Shown piece after piece: positions 44,482 through 55,746 of a DNA stretch of 64,000 nucleotides. This DNA comes from Candidatus Dormiibacterota bacterium. Lineage in GTDB: Bacteria; Chloroflexota; Dormibacteria; Aeolococcales; Aeolococcaceae. Position 1 is the stretch's first letter. Each line of letters begins with the position of its first letter. A program made the position numbers and the translations under genes. The stretch lies in NCBI GenBank assembly GCA_963850385.1, contig CAWKKS010000001.1, forward strand, positions 1,209,551 through 1,273,550, in the 5' to 3' direction. The notes under the pieces are model-generated. The model saw nothing but the letters and a program-made list of their open reading frames with translations, made no database searches and was not told the DNA's origin.

Positions 44482-46959
44482 TCAGGCGGCGCGAGCCACC
44501 CGACGCGGCGAGCCCGGCGGCGGTGCTCCACCGCTGCGCATCGCCGAGGCCTTCTGCCAGGCGACCAACAGCGTGCTGGCGTTGAAGATGGAGCTGTACG
44601 TGCCGGTGACGATCCCGATCAGCAGGGCGAGCACGAACCCGGTGATCGTCGAGCCGCCGAAGAGCACCAGGGCGAGCAGCACGAACACGACGGTCAACGA
44701 GGTGTTGAGCGACCGGGTCATGGTCTGCACGGTGGAGAGGTTGATGACCTGGTCGAAGGTCAGGCGCGGCCCGAACCGCAGGTTCTCACGGACGCGGTCG
44801 AAGACGACGATGGTGTCGTGGATGGAGAACGCCACCGAGGTGAGGATGGCCGTGACGAACAGCGTGTCGACCTCTCCGAGGCTGGTGAAATGGCCGAGGA
44901 TCGCCCATATCCCGGCGAGCACGAAGACGTCGTGGAGCAGCTTGAAGAAGGCGCACGCCGAGAAACGCCACGCGGAGATGACGCGTTGGCGGCGGAACGC
45001 CAGTGCCAGGTAGACGGCGATCAGCGCTGAGGCGACAAGGATCAGCACGATGGCGCTGCGCACCAGGTCGGAGGCCACGCTCGGGCCGATGAACTGCTCC
45101 TGGATGTCGGGGTTGTGCGTCCGCGGGTCCGTGGGGATCCCGTAGGACGTCTTCAGGGCCGACTGCACCGCGTCCACCGGGTCCTTGCCGCCGTTGGCCG
45201 TGCCGGGCAGGAAGCTGATCTCGTAGCGGGTGCTCGAGTCGGCCTGGATCTGCGGCTCGAGGTTGCCGATCACCGAATTGACGGTGTTGGCCACCTGCGC
45301 CTGCGTGGTCGCGTGGCTCAGGGCCACGTCGACCTTGTAGCCGCCGCGGAAATCGAGCCCCAACCGGAATCCCCAGACGATGATCGCCAGGATGCCGGGG
45401 ATGATGATCGCCAGCGAGCCGGCGAAATACCAGTTGCGCGAACGCACGATGTCGAACTGGCCGCGCGGTGGCTTCTGCTCGTACTCGTCGTGGATCTGCG
45501 TGTAGAGCGTCGGGTTGCGACCCAGGCGCAGGCGCAGCGCCGCGGCCAGGAGCGCGCGCGTCACGGTCACCGCGCTGAAGAAGCTCACCGCCACGCCGAT
45601 GCCCAGGGTCAGCGCGAAGCCCTTGACCACGTCGGTGCCGAGGCCGAACAGCACCAGGCACGCGATGATCGTGGAGACGTTGCTGTCGCGGATCGCCGGG
45701 AAGGCGCGCCGGAAGCCCGTGTCGACCGCCGGGCCCACGCTGCGTCCGTGACGTAACTCGTCGCGCGTTCGCTCGAAGATGAGCACGTTGGCGTCGACGG
45801 CCATGCCGACGCTCAACACGAACCCGGCGAGCGCGGCCAGGGAGATGGTCACGCCGATGAGCTTGAACAGGGCGAGCACGATGGCGCCGTACGCGACCAG
45901 TGCCAGGCAGGCGAGCAGGCCCGGGAACCTGTAGTAGGCGATCATGAAGAGGACGATGATCATCAGCCCGACGGCGCCCGCGATCAGGCTGCGCTGCACG
46001 GTCTGCTGACCGAGGGTGGCGCTGACCACGTTGGCCTGCACGGTGCCGATCTCCGCGGGCAGGGCGCCCGCGGAGATGTCGCTGGCCAGCGCCTGCGCCT
46101 GCTGGCTGGTGAAGCCGCCGGTGATCTGTGTCTGGTTGCTGGACGGCTGCTGCACGACCGGCGCGGTGATGATGTCCTTGTCGAGGAAGATCGCCACCTG
46201 CGCCTGCGCCGGCGGGGCCTGGGGGCTGCGCTGGGTGAATGCGTACGCCGCCGTGGTGACCTTGTTCCACTCGGTGGCGCCGGCCTCGTTGAAGGTGATG
46301 TTGACCGCGATCTGGCCCGTCGAGTCGGTGCCCACGTCGGCCGAGGTGACATCGCTGGCGTCGAGGGCATCATCGATCTTCCAGTGGTAGCCGGCCGGGT
46401 AGAGCTGGGGGTTGCCGAACTGGGCGGGGTCGTAGAGCTGTTCCTGGTCGGCGAGGAACCTGGGGTCGCCCGGGTTGGGCGAGCCGGCCACGGCGGTGGC
46501 GAAGTGCAGCTTGGCGGTGGTACCGACGGCGGCCTTGGCCTCGTCGATGCCCACCCCGGGCAGCTGGATGAGGATCTGGTCGGTGCCCTGCGCGGAGACC
46601 TTTCCCTCGGTCACGCCCAGGCCGTTGACGCGCGCCGCCAGCAGGGGGATCGTCTTGTCGCGCGCCTCGCTGACGGTCTGCCCCCTGGGACCGTTGCGGC
46701 AGCCGGCGTTGGGCGGGTCGTTGAGGCCATGGCAGACCTCGACGACCAGCTCCGTCCCGCCCACGAGGTCGAGCCCCTTGACGAAGGTGATCGGGTGGCC
46801 ACCGATGCTCGGGACCGTGGTCAGCGCCTGCGGGAAGGGCTGGTGGACGACGACGTAGCGGTAGAAGATGCTGTAGCCGTCGATGAAGAGGGCGCCGAGG
46901 ATCACCAGCACGACGATGACCACGCGCACACGGCTGACGCGGAGGAAGAACTCAGCCAC
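44482..46959 (-). CDS. secDF: fused protein-export membrane protein SecDF
   Basis: SecD half (..LGLDLVGGTELV.., large periplasmic loop, 6 TM) and SecF half (..GLDFRGG.., 6 TM) in one ORF. Start at GTG 46959. Confidence 0.9.
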   Translation of the reverse strand: MAEFFLRVSRVRVVIVVLVILGALFIDGYSIFYRYVVVHQPFPQALTTVPSIGGHPITFVKGLDLVGGTELVVEVCHGLNDPPNAGCRNGPRGQTVSEARDKTIPLLAARVNGLGVTEGKVSAQGTDQILIQLPGVGIDEAKAAVGTTAKLHFATAVAGSPNPGDPRFLADQEQLYDPAQFGNPQLYPAGYHWKIDDALDASDVTSADVGTDSTGQIAVNITFNEAGATEWNKVTTAAYAFTQRSPQAPPAQAQVAIFLDKDIITAPVVQQPSSNQTQITGGFTSQQAQALASDISAGALPAEIGTVQANVVSATLGQQTVQRSLIAGAVGLMIIVLFMIAYYRFPGLLACLALVAYGAIVLALFKLIGVTISLAALAGFVLSVGMAVDANVLIFERTRDELRHGRSVGPAVDTGFRRAFPAIRDSNVSTIIACLVLFGLGTDVVKGFALTLGIGVAVSFFSAVTVTRALLAAALRLRLGRNPTLYTQIHDEYEQKPPRGQFDIVRSRNWYFAGSLAIIIPGILAIIVWGFRLGLDFRGGYKVDVALSHATTQAQVANTVNSVIGNLEPQIQADSSTRYEISFLPGTANGGKDPVDAVQSALKTSYGIPTDPRTHNPDIQEQFIGPSVASDLVRSAIVLILVASALIAVYLALAFRRQRVISAWRFSACAFFKLLHDVFVLAGIWAILGHFTSLGEVDTLFVTAILTSVAFSIHDTIVVFDRVRENLRFGPRLTFDQVINLSTVQTMTRSLNTSLTVVFVLLALVLFGGSTITGFVLALLIGIVTGTYSSIFNASTLLVAWQKASAMRSGGAPPPGSPRRVARAA

Positions 46960-48160
46960 GACGGCCGAGTGTACCCGGGAGCCCCGCTGAACCGATCGCT
47001 CTGGCCGGCCGCGGCGAATCCGCCAGGTCGGCGCCGTCGGGCGCGGTGTCGATCTCATCGCCGGCGGTCAGGCGCGCCTCGGTCTGGTCGCGGAAGCCGG
47101 CGAAGCGGCCCTCGACGATGGCGGCGCGGGCTGCCGCCATCAAGCTGGTGATGTGGGTGATGTTGTGGACGCTGAGCAGTCGGTGACCGAGGATCTCACC
47201 GGCGCCGATGAGATGGCGTATGTAGGCGCGTGAGAACCGCGCGCAGGCGGTGCAGAGGCAGCCCTCGACCAGCGGCCGCAGGTCGTCCCGGTAGGCCGCC
47301 CGGCGGAGCGCGAGCCGCCCTCCCGGGGTCATCGCCGCGCCGGTGCGCGCCAACCGCGTCGGCGCGACGCAGTCGAACATGTCGACGCCCAGGGCCACCA
47401 TGGTGAGGAGCTCCCGGTCCGTCCCCAGCCCCATGAAGTAACGCGGGAGCTCAGCGGGGAGCTCGGCGACCGACGCCGCGGTCATCGCCTCCATGACGTC
47501 AAGCGGCTCGCCGACGGAGAGGCCGCCGACGGCCACGCCGTCGAAGTCGAGGGCGGCGACCTGGCGCGCCGAGTCGGCGCGGCCCTGGGCGTCGAAGCCT
47601 CCCTGGCAGATCCCGAAGAGGAGCCGGCCATTCCCCGGGTGCGCCGCCCGGCACCGCGCCGCCCAGCGGTGGGTGCGGCCGGTGGCCAGCTCGGCGTCCG
47701 CAGCGCTGCGGCCCCACCCCACCGGCTGGTCGAGGCACATGACGATGTCCGCGCCGAGCCGCGCCTGGATCGCCACCGCCTCCTCCGGGGTGACGCGCAG
47801 GCGCGTGCCGTCGTACGGCGAGACGAACGTCGCCGCCTCCTCGTCGACGCTGGTGACGGCGCGCAGGCTGACCAGCTGGAAGCCGCCGCTGTCGGTGAGG
47901 ATCGGACCGTCCCACCCCATGAAGGTGTGCAGCCCGCCGGCGCGTTCGATCAGCTCGACCCCGGGCCGCAGCGCCAGGTGGTAGGCGTTGCAGAGCAGGA
48001 TGTCGGCGCCGGCAGCGCGGACCTCGTCGGGGTGCAGCGACTTCACCGTCGCGTGCGTGCCGACCGGCATGAAGGCAGGGGTGCGCACCTCACCGTGTCC
48101 GGTCACCAGCGTGCCGGCGCGCGCCGCACCGTCGCGCGCCTCGATGCGAAGAGCTGTCAC
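46952..48160 (-). CDS. tgt: queuine tRNA-ribosyltransferase
   Basis: TPAFMPVGT, LTDSGGFQ, and the zinc site CLCTAC..H. Confidence 0.92.
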   Translation of the reverse strand: MTALRIEARDGAARAGTLVTGHGEVRTPAFMPVGTHATVKSLHPDEVRAAGADILLCNAYHLALRPGVELIERAGGLHTFMGWDGPILTDSGGFQLVSLRAVTSVDEEAATFVSPYDGTRLRVTPEEAVAIQARLGADIVMCLDQPVGWGRSAADAELATGRTHRWAARCRAAHPGNGRLLFGICQGGFDAQGRADSARQVAALDFDGVAVGGLSVGEPLDVMEAMTAASVAELPAELPRYFMGLGTDRELLTMVALGVDMFDCVAPTRLARTGAAMTPGGRLALRRAAYRDDLRPLVEGCLCTACARFSRAYIRHLIGAGEILGHRLLSVHNITHITSLMAAARAAIVEGRFAGFRDQTEARLTAGDEIDTAPDGADLADSPRPARAIGSAGLPGTLGRRG

Positions 48161-49230
48161 GGGGCCCCAGCGCGCCAGCAGAGCATGCAGTCCCCAAAGC
48201 TGAGGAACCGGTAGCCGCGCGCCAGCGCGTGGTCGTAGACGCGGCGCCAGTGCCGTTCACCGAGGAACGCGGCGAGCAGCACCAGCAGCGATGAGCGCGG
48301 CTGGTGAAAGTTGGTGAGCAGCCCGTCGACCGCCTGGAAGCGGTGGCCGGGGGTGATGAAGAGGTCGGTGCTGCGCGTCCCGGGCTGGAGCTCCCCGCGC
48401 TCGTCGACGTGCGACTCGAGGGTGCGGACGACGGTGGTGCCGATCGCCACGACCCGCCCGCCCGCGGCACGCGTCTGTGCGATGCACGCCGCGGTCGCCG
48501 CGGGCAGCGTGCACCGCTCGGCGTGCATGCGGTGGGCGCCGAGGTCGGCCGCGGTGATCGGCGCGAAGGTCCCGAGGCCGACGTCGAGCTGCACGGTGCA
48601 CCAGCCGACGCCACGCCCTGCCAGCGCGGCGCGCACATGCTCGGTGAAGTGCAGTCCCGCGGTCGGGGCAGCTGCGGATGTCGGTTCGCCCGCCGCGTAC
48701 ACCGTCTGGTACCGCTCGGTGTCGGCCAGCGGGGCGCGGATGTAGGGAGGCAGGGGCGGCTCACCGGCAGCGGCGATGACGGCCTCGACGTCCTCGTCGC
48801 ATTCGAGCGTGACCAACCTCGCGCCGGCGTGGCCGGGCGCGGGCCCGGCGATGCTGATGCGCAGGCCGTCGCTGACTCGGACCCACATCCCCTCACGGAG
48901 CCGTCGCCCGGGTCTCACCAGGGCCGTGAAGCGACGGGCATCGAGGTGCTCGAGCAAAAGGACCTCGGCGCGGCCGCCGTCCTCCCGGCGCCCGCGGAGG
49001 CGGGCGGCGCGAACCCGGGTGTCATTGGCGACCAGCAGGTCGCCGGGTCGGAGCAGGCCGGGGAGCTCGGTGAACACGTGGTCGCTCAGCGCGCCCCGCG
49101 GCCCCAGGTGCAGGAGGCGCGCAGAGTCACGCGGCTCCACCGGTGTCTGCGCGATACGCTCGCTCGGCAACGCGTAGTCGAACAGGTCGGTTGCCGGTGC
49201 CGGCATAGCGGCGCGATCTGCCCCCGTCAT
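48157..49230 (-). CDS. queA: S-adenosylmethionine:tRNA ribosyltransferase-isomerase
   Basis: FDYALPSERIAQTPVEPRDSARLL, GLHFT, LLTNFHQPRSSLL. An alternative ATG lies at 49206. Confidence 0.9.
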   Translation of the reverse strand: MTGADRAAMPAPATDLFDYALPSERIAQTPVEPRDSARLLHLGPRGALSDHVFTELPGLLRPGDLLVANDTRVRAARLRGRREDGGRAEVLLLEHLDARRFTALVRPGRRLREGMWVRVSDGLRISIAGPAPGHAGARLVTLECDEDVEAVIAAAGEPPLPPYIRAPLADTERYQTVYAAGEPTSAAAPTAGLHFTEHVRAALAGRGVGWCTVQLDVGLGTFAPITAADLGAHRMHAERCTLPAATAACIAQTRAAGGRVVAIGTTVVRTLESHVDERGELQPGTRSTDLFITPGHRFQAVDGLLTNFHQPRSSLLVLLAAFLGERHWRRVYDHALARGYRFLSFGDCMLCWRAGAP

Positions 49231-49243
49231 CGCCCTCGCAGCG

Positions 49244-50290
49244 TTAAGAGAAGAGCGCTGTCTGGGAGGCGTCTGCGCCGACGGTGCCCGGCGGCACCGT
49301 GAGCCCGAGGTGCTCGTAGGCGCGCGCCGTCGGGACGCGCCCGCGCGGCGTACGCGCCAGCATGCCGAGCCGGATCAGGTAGGGCTCGACGACGTCCTCG
49401 ATCGTCTCGGGTTCCTCCTGCACGCTCACCGCGATCGTCTGCACCCCGACCGGGTGCCCGCGCAGCGGACCGCACAACGCGGCCAGGACGCGGCGATCCA
49501 TCTCGTCCAGGCCGGCGGCGTCGATGCCGAGCATGTCGAGAGCCGAGGTGGCCGCGGCAACGTCGATGTGCCCGGCGGCGCGAACCTGCGCATAGTCACG
49601 GGCGCGGCGCAGCAGCCGGTTGGCGACGCGCGGCGTGCCGCGGGCACGGGAGGCGAGCAGCGCGGCGCCATCGTCGTCGATGGGGATCGCCATCAGTCGC
49701 GCGCTGCGCCTGATGATGTCGGCGAGCTCGCCGTCGTCGTAGTAGTCGAGGCGGAAGGTCACCCCGAACCGATCGCGCAACGGCCCTCCCAGCGCCCCGG
49801 CACGGGTGGTCGCCGCGATCACCGTGAAGCGGTTGAGGCTGAGGCGCAGCGTCTGGGCACCCGCGCCACGCCCCGCGACGAAGTCGAAGGCGAGGTCCTC
49901 CATGGCCGGGTACAGGGCCTCCTCCACCGCGTGGTTGAGACGGTGGACCTCGTCGATGAAGAAGACGTCGCGGTCGTTCAGCGAGGTGAGGATGGAGGCG
50001 AGCATGCCCTGGTGCTCGAGCGCCGGCCCCGAGGTCAGCCGCGCCTGGACGCCCATCTCGGTGGCGATGATCTGCGCCAGCGTCGTCTTGCCAAGACCCG
50101 GGGGCCCGTACAGGAGGACGTGGTCGAGGGGCTCGCCACGCCCGCGCGCCGCCTCGACGAGGACGCGCACCTGTTCGTGGATGTTGGCCTGGCCGACGAA
50201 ATCCTCGAGGCGCTGGGGACGCAGCGCGACCTCGGCCGCGTGGTCCTCCTCGTGCTCCAGCGGGTCGACGGGACGCGGTTCGGTCATCAC
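49244..50290 (-). CDS. ruvB: Holliday junction branch-migration helicase RuvB
   Basis: LRPQRLEDFVGQ, Walker A GPPGLGKTT, Walker B FIDEVHRL. Confidence 0.93.
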   Translation of the reverse strand: MMTEPRPVDPLEHEEDHAAEVALRPQRLEDFVGQANIHEQVRVLVEAARGRGEPLDHVLLYGPPGLGKTTLAQIIATEMGVQARLTSGPALEHQGMLASILTSLNDRDVFFIDEVHRLNHAVEEALYPAMEDLAFDFVAGRGAGAQTLRLSLNRFTVIAATTRAGALGGPLRDRFGVTFRLDYYDDGELADIIRRSARLMAIPIDDDGAALLASRARGTPRVANRLLRRARDYAQVRAAGHIDVAAATSALDMLGIDAAGLDEMDRRVLAALCGPLRGHPVGVQTIAVSVQEEPETIEDVVEPYLIRLGMLARTPRGRVPTARAYEHLGLTVPPGTVGADASQTALFS

Positions 50291-50901
50291 CCCGCCGCCA
50301 CCATGTCGAGGCGTCGCAGCGCGGCGGCCACCAGGGCGGCGACGTCCAGGGGCGCGGCCCCGTCGGTGAGCGCAGCCTTGACAGCGTCACGGGCCGCGTT
50401 CTCGCGGAAGCCCATGGTTGCCAGCCCGTCGACCGCCGCGCGGATCGCCTGTTCCGCCGCCGCCTCCACTGGCGTTGCCCGGTCGCCGGGGAGCGCCAGG
50501 CCGTCCAACTTGTCGCGCAACTCGAGCACCACGCGCTCGGCCGTCTTGGCGCCGATCCCGGGCACGGTGGAGACCATCGCGGCGTCGCCACTGCGCAGGG
50601 CCCGCACCATGGTGGCGAGGTCGGCGCGTCCGAGGATGCCGAGCGCCGCCTTGGGGCCGATGCGCTCGACCGCGATGAGCAGCCGGAAGAGGCGCAGCTC
50701 CTCGCGGCTGGTGAAACCGTACAGGCGGATGGCGTCAGCGCTGACGGAGGTGTGCACGTGGAGGGTTACCTGGGCAGGGCTGTCATGCAGGGCGACGGCG
50801 GTGCGCAGATGGCACTGCACCGCGTACCCGACACCGTTGACGTCCACGGTGACAACGTCCTCGTCGACCCACAGGACCGTGCCGCGGAGCAGCGCGATCA
50901 C
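50287..50901 (-). CDS. ruvA: Holliday junction DNA-binding protein RuvA
   Basis: VIALLRGTV..VDVNGVGY.., and HhH motifs (VPGIGAKTAERVVLEL). GTG 50901 overlaps the ruvC stop (GTGA). Confidence 0.9.
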   Translation of the reverse strand: MIALLRGTVLWVDEDVVTVDVNGVGYAVQCHLRTAVALHDSPAQVTLHVHTSVSADAIRLYGFTSREELRLFRLLIAVERIGPKAALGILGRADLATMVRALRSGDAAMVSTVPGIGAKTAERVVLELRDKLDGLALPGDRATPVEAAAEQAIRAAVDGLATMGFRENAARDAVKAALTDGAAPLDVAALVAAALRRLDMVAAG

Positions 50902-52229
50902 CGCGTCGCCGCACCGAGGCGGTGGCGTGCAGCCGCGACGGCGGTGTCGAGCGCAGAGACCCGTGCCGGCTGTGCCTGGCGGCGCACCCGCACGGTCAGG
51001 GCGGCGCGATGGTGATGACAGACGGCGACGGCGCACGCGTCGGCGACGTCATCGGGCCCCTCGATCCGCTCCACCGCGAGCAGTTGGCGCGTCATCCTCT
51101 GCACCTGTGGCTTGCGGGCCGCCCCGTAGCCGGCGACCGCCTCCTTGACCTCGTTGGGCGTGTACTCGAAGACCGGGACGCCCGCAGCCGCCAGCGCGCA
51201 CAGAAGGACGCCGCGGGCCTCGCTGACCCGCATTGCCGTGGTGCGGTTGGTCGAGAAGAACAGCCGCTCCACGGCGGCGAAGGCCGGCCGGTACTCGCTG
51301 ACCACGGCGGTGATCAACCGCGACAGCGCGTAGAGGCGCTGCGGGTCGGCGGCGTCCGCGGTGGTGCTCAGGCAGCTGCTGTGCACGAGGGTGAGCGACC
51401 CCGGCCCACCGTCCACGACCGCGACGCCGGTTCGTCCCAGTCCCGGATCGACGCCCAGGACGCGCACCCTCAGCCGACCGAACTCGAGGACGTCGTCAGG
51501 GATCTCGGCGTTGGCGTAGACCTGTTGCACGTCGTCGTCCTCCTCGAGGGCGTCGAGCAGACGCAGCACCGCGGCCGCCTGCTTCGCATCGAGCGCCACC
51601 GAGGTGCTCGGGTTCATGGTCACCTCGCCGGAGTCGATGGCCAGGCCTGCGTGCTCGATGGCGGCGCGCGCGGCCTCGAAGTGGACCGGGTCGACGGTCA
51701 CGATGACCGCGTCGTCATCGACGCTGACGTCGCCGTCGTGACCGACGTCGACGAGCTCCAGGAGGCGCAGGGCCAGCTCCTCGGGGTCGTCGGCGCCGGC
51801 CACGACGCGCAGGACGCCCTGCTGGGTGAACATCCAGCCCACGCTGTTGGTCTCGCCCAACGACCCGCCGGAGCGGGTGAACAGGTTGCGAACCGCCGCC
51901 ACCGTCCGATTGCGGTTGTCGGTGAGCACGTCGACCATCACCGCCACCCCGTGGGGACCATAGCCCTCGTAGCGGATCTCCTCGAGCTGGCTGCCGTCCT
52001 TGCCGCCCGCGCCGCGCTGCACGGCCCGCTCGATGTTGTCGGCGGGCATGTTGACCTCGCGCGCCTTCTGCATGGCCAGCCGAAGGCGGAAGTTCGCGGC
52101 GGGGTCGGGTCCGCCCTCGCGGGCCGCGACCGACAGCTCACGGGCCACCTTGGTGAAGACCTGTCCACGCTTGGCGTCGACGATCGCCTTCTTGTGCTTG
52201 ATCCCCGCCCACTTGCTGTGACCGGACAT
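50898..52229 (-). CDS. yebC-ruvC: single ORF fusing YebC/PmpR-family protein (aa 1-254) to crossover junction endonuclease RuvC (aa 255-443)
   Basis: MSGHSKWAGIKHKKAIVDAKRG...DVQQVYANAEIPDDVLEFGRLR runs in frame, with no stop, into VRVLGVDPGLGRTGVAVV...ERLFF...DACAVAVCH. The internal GTG is at 51467. GGAGGA precedes ATG 52229. Confidence 0.85.
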   Translation of the reverse strand: MSGHSKWAGIKHKKAIVDAKRGQVFTKVARELSVAAREGGPDPAANFRLRLAMQKAREVNMPADNIERAVQRGAGGKDGSQLEEIRYEGYGPHGVAVMVDVLTDNRNRTVAAVRNLFTRSGGSLGETNSVGWMFTQQGVLRVVAGADDPEELALRLLELVDVGHDGDVSVDDDAVIVTVDPVHFEAARAAIEHAGLAIDSGEVTMNPSTSVALDAKQAAAVLRLLDALEEDDDVQQVYANAEIPDDVLEFGRLRVRVLGVDPGLGRTGVAVVDGGPGSLTLVHSSCLSTTADAADPQRLYALSRLITAVVSEYRPAFAAVERLFFSTNRTTAMRVSEARGVLLCALAAAGVPVFEYTPNEVKEAVAGYGAARKPQVQRMTRQLLAVERIEGPDDVADACAVAVCHHHRAALTVRVRRQAQPARVSALDTAVAAARHRLGAATR

Positions 52230-52243
52230 GGGTCCTCCGTTGT

Positions 52244-52257
52244 CGAACAGGCGTTTG
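52244..52257 (-). promoter_or_regulatory. LexA-type operator at the yebC-ruvCAB promoter
   Basis: CGAACAGGCGTTTG on the plus strand, 15 nt upstream of the yebC ATG and 2 nt downstream of the -10 element. Confidence 0.65.
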
Positions 52258-52259
52258 CC

Positions 52260-52288
52260 ATTGTATTCGCGCCGCCGGCTTCAGTCTA
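52260..52288 (-). promoter_or_regulatory. yebC-ruvCAB promoter TAGACT-17 nt-TACAAT
   Basis: The minus strand reads TAGACT (52288-52283), a 17-nt spacer, then TACAAT (52265-52260). Confidence 0.5.
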
Positions 52289-52337
52289 TGAGGTGGTGGT
52301 CCTGGCTCAGCGGGCGGTGACGGATCGACTGCGCATC

Positions 52338-52365
52338 TTGACTACTCCGGCAGGAGGTCTATCCT
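52338..52365 (+). promoter_or_regulatory. candidate plus-strand promoter TTGACT-16 nt-TATCCT
   Basis: TTGACT at 52338-52343 and TATCCT at 52360-52365. It is divergent from the yebC promoter. Confidence 0.4.
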
Positions 52366-52371
52366 GAGCAG

Positions 52372-52704
52372 CAAGGAACCGACTGCATACGGAGGAGAAC
52401 TTCACGATGCGTACGGTCTTCCAGCGCCTCCGGCACACTCGAGCCGAGAGGTAGGGCCCGAACCACTCGGGCGTTCGCCACGGGCCCGTTTCCCTGCGCC
52501 ACCGTCGAACCCGGGCACAAGACCCGGCGGCTCCGGTGATTGGTTGGAAGAGTGCAGGCGTGGGATCCCGGTGAGCGGCCTGGTTCGGGCTGGCCAGCCG
52601 GCACCCGCGAGGGTGTCCACCTCATAGCCCGGTCTATCCACCGGGCCGCCGACTGAGTTCGGCACTTCAGGGGGCCGGCGTCATCGCCGGTCCCCTTCTT
52701 TGTG
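52372..52704 (+). ncRNA. candidate orphan transcript (unclassified sRNA or small-peptide mRNA), about 330 nt
   Basis: Bounded by the promoter above and a strong intrinsic terminator. No long ORF in any frame. G+C is visibly below that of the flanking genes. It contains GGAGGAG, 9 nt, then ATG and a 15-codon ORF (52407-52454). Confidence 0.3.
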
Positions 52705-53278
52705 CGGGCGTCCTGGACACGGCCGGGTGGCCCGTCCACCAGAAGCGCAGCGGCAGGTCGGTGGCGCGGCTGATGCCGACCCGCGGCCCGGACGAGACCG
52801 GGGGCGGTTGGGGGCGCCGTTCCAGCTGCAGGCGGCCGGGCAGGCAGAGGTCGGCGCCGTTGTCCACGGTGCCGATGCCGAGCCCGCGACAGAGGTTGCC
52901 CGGGCCGCTCAGCAGTCGCTGCGGGAGCACCGCCGGCCCCCGTCGGGCGCGCACCACCGCCGCGCCGGCGATGACCTCGGCCGCGCGCAGCAGCACCGCG
53001 GCAGCGCTGCCGTCGGGGCCGCAGACCACGTTGGCACAGTGATGCATCCCGTAGCTGAGGTACACGTAGAGGCGGCCGGGAGGCCCGAACATGATCGAGG
53101 CCCGCGGGGTCGGCCCGCGGAAGGCGTGGGACGCGGGATCCTCCTGCCCCAGGTAGGCCTCGACCTCGACGATGCGCGCGCGCACCTCGGCGGCGGTCCC
53201 CGGGTCGGCGACAACCAGCGCTCCCACCAGGTCCCGGGCCACCTCGGCGGCGCCACGAGCCAGGTCGGCCCGCGCCAC
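52667..53278 (-). CDS. mpg: DNA-3-methyladenine glycosylase (Mpg/AAG family)
   Basis: RIVEVEAYLGQEDPASHAFRGPTPRASIMFGPPGRLYVYLSYGMHHCANVV is typical of the family. Confidence 0.88.
   Translation of the reverse strand: MARADLARGAAEVARDLVGALVVADPGTAAEVRARIVEVEAYLGQEDPASHAFRGPTPRASIMFGPPGRLYVYLSYGMHHCANVVCGPDGSAAAVLLRAAEVIAGAAVVRARRGPAVLPQRLLSGPGNLCRGLGIGTVDNGADLCLPGRLQLERRPQPPPVSSGPRVGISRATDLPLRFWWTGHPAVSRTPAQRRGPAMTPAP
52670..52704 (+). terminator. rho-independent terminator (plus strand), overlapping the 3' end of mpg
   Basis: GGGGGCCGGCG-UCAU-CGCCGGUCCCC forms an 11-bp stem (one G-U) followed by UUCUUUGUG. The minus-strand reading lacks a U tract. Confidence 0.6.
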
Positions 53279-53286
53279 GCGGCGCG

Positions 53287-55742
<2,456 letters not shown>

Positions 55743-55746
<4 letters not shown>

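Noticed and set aside
52301-52311. TCCTGGCTCAG, identical to the 3' end of the universal 16S 27F primer site.
   Set aside because: The 11-nt match has no further rRNA similarity on either side, so it is coincidence.
52280-52704. Assignment of the mpg/yebC spacer to RNase P RNA, tmRNA, SRP RNA, 6S RNA or a cobalamin riboswitch.
   Set aside because: There are partial resemblances. GUCCACCUCAUAGCCCGGUCUAUCC resembles the RNase P P4 3' strand, AGGGAA..GUGGCGAA resembles the cobalamin riboswitch core, and AGCCAGGACC resembles the B12 box. However, the obligatory partners are absent or in the wrong order or spacing: GAGGAAAGUCCGG, GCCACUG, the tRNA-like end and GGAAGGAAGCAGC.
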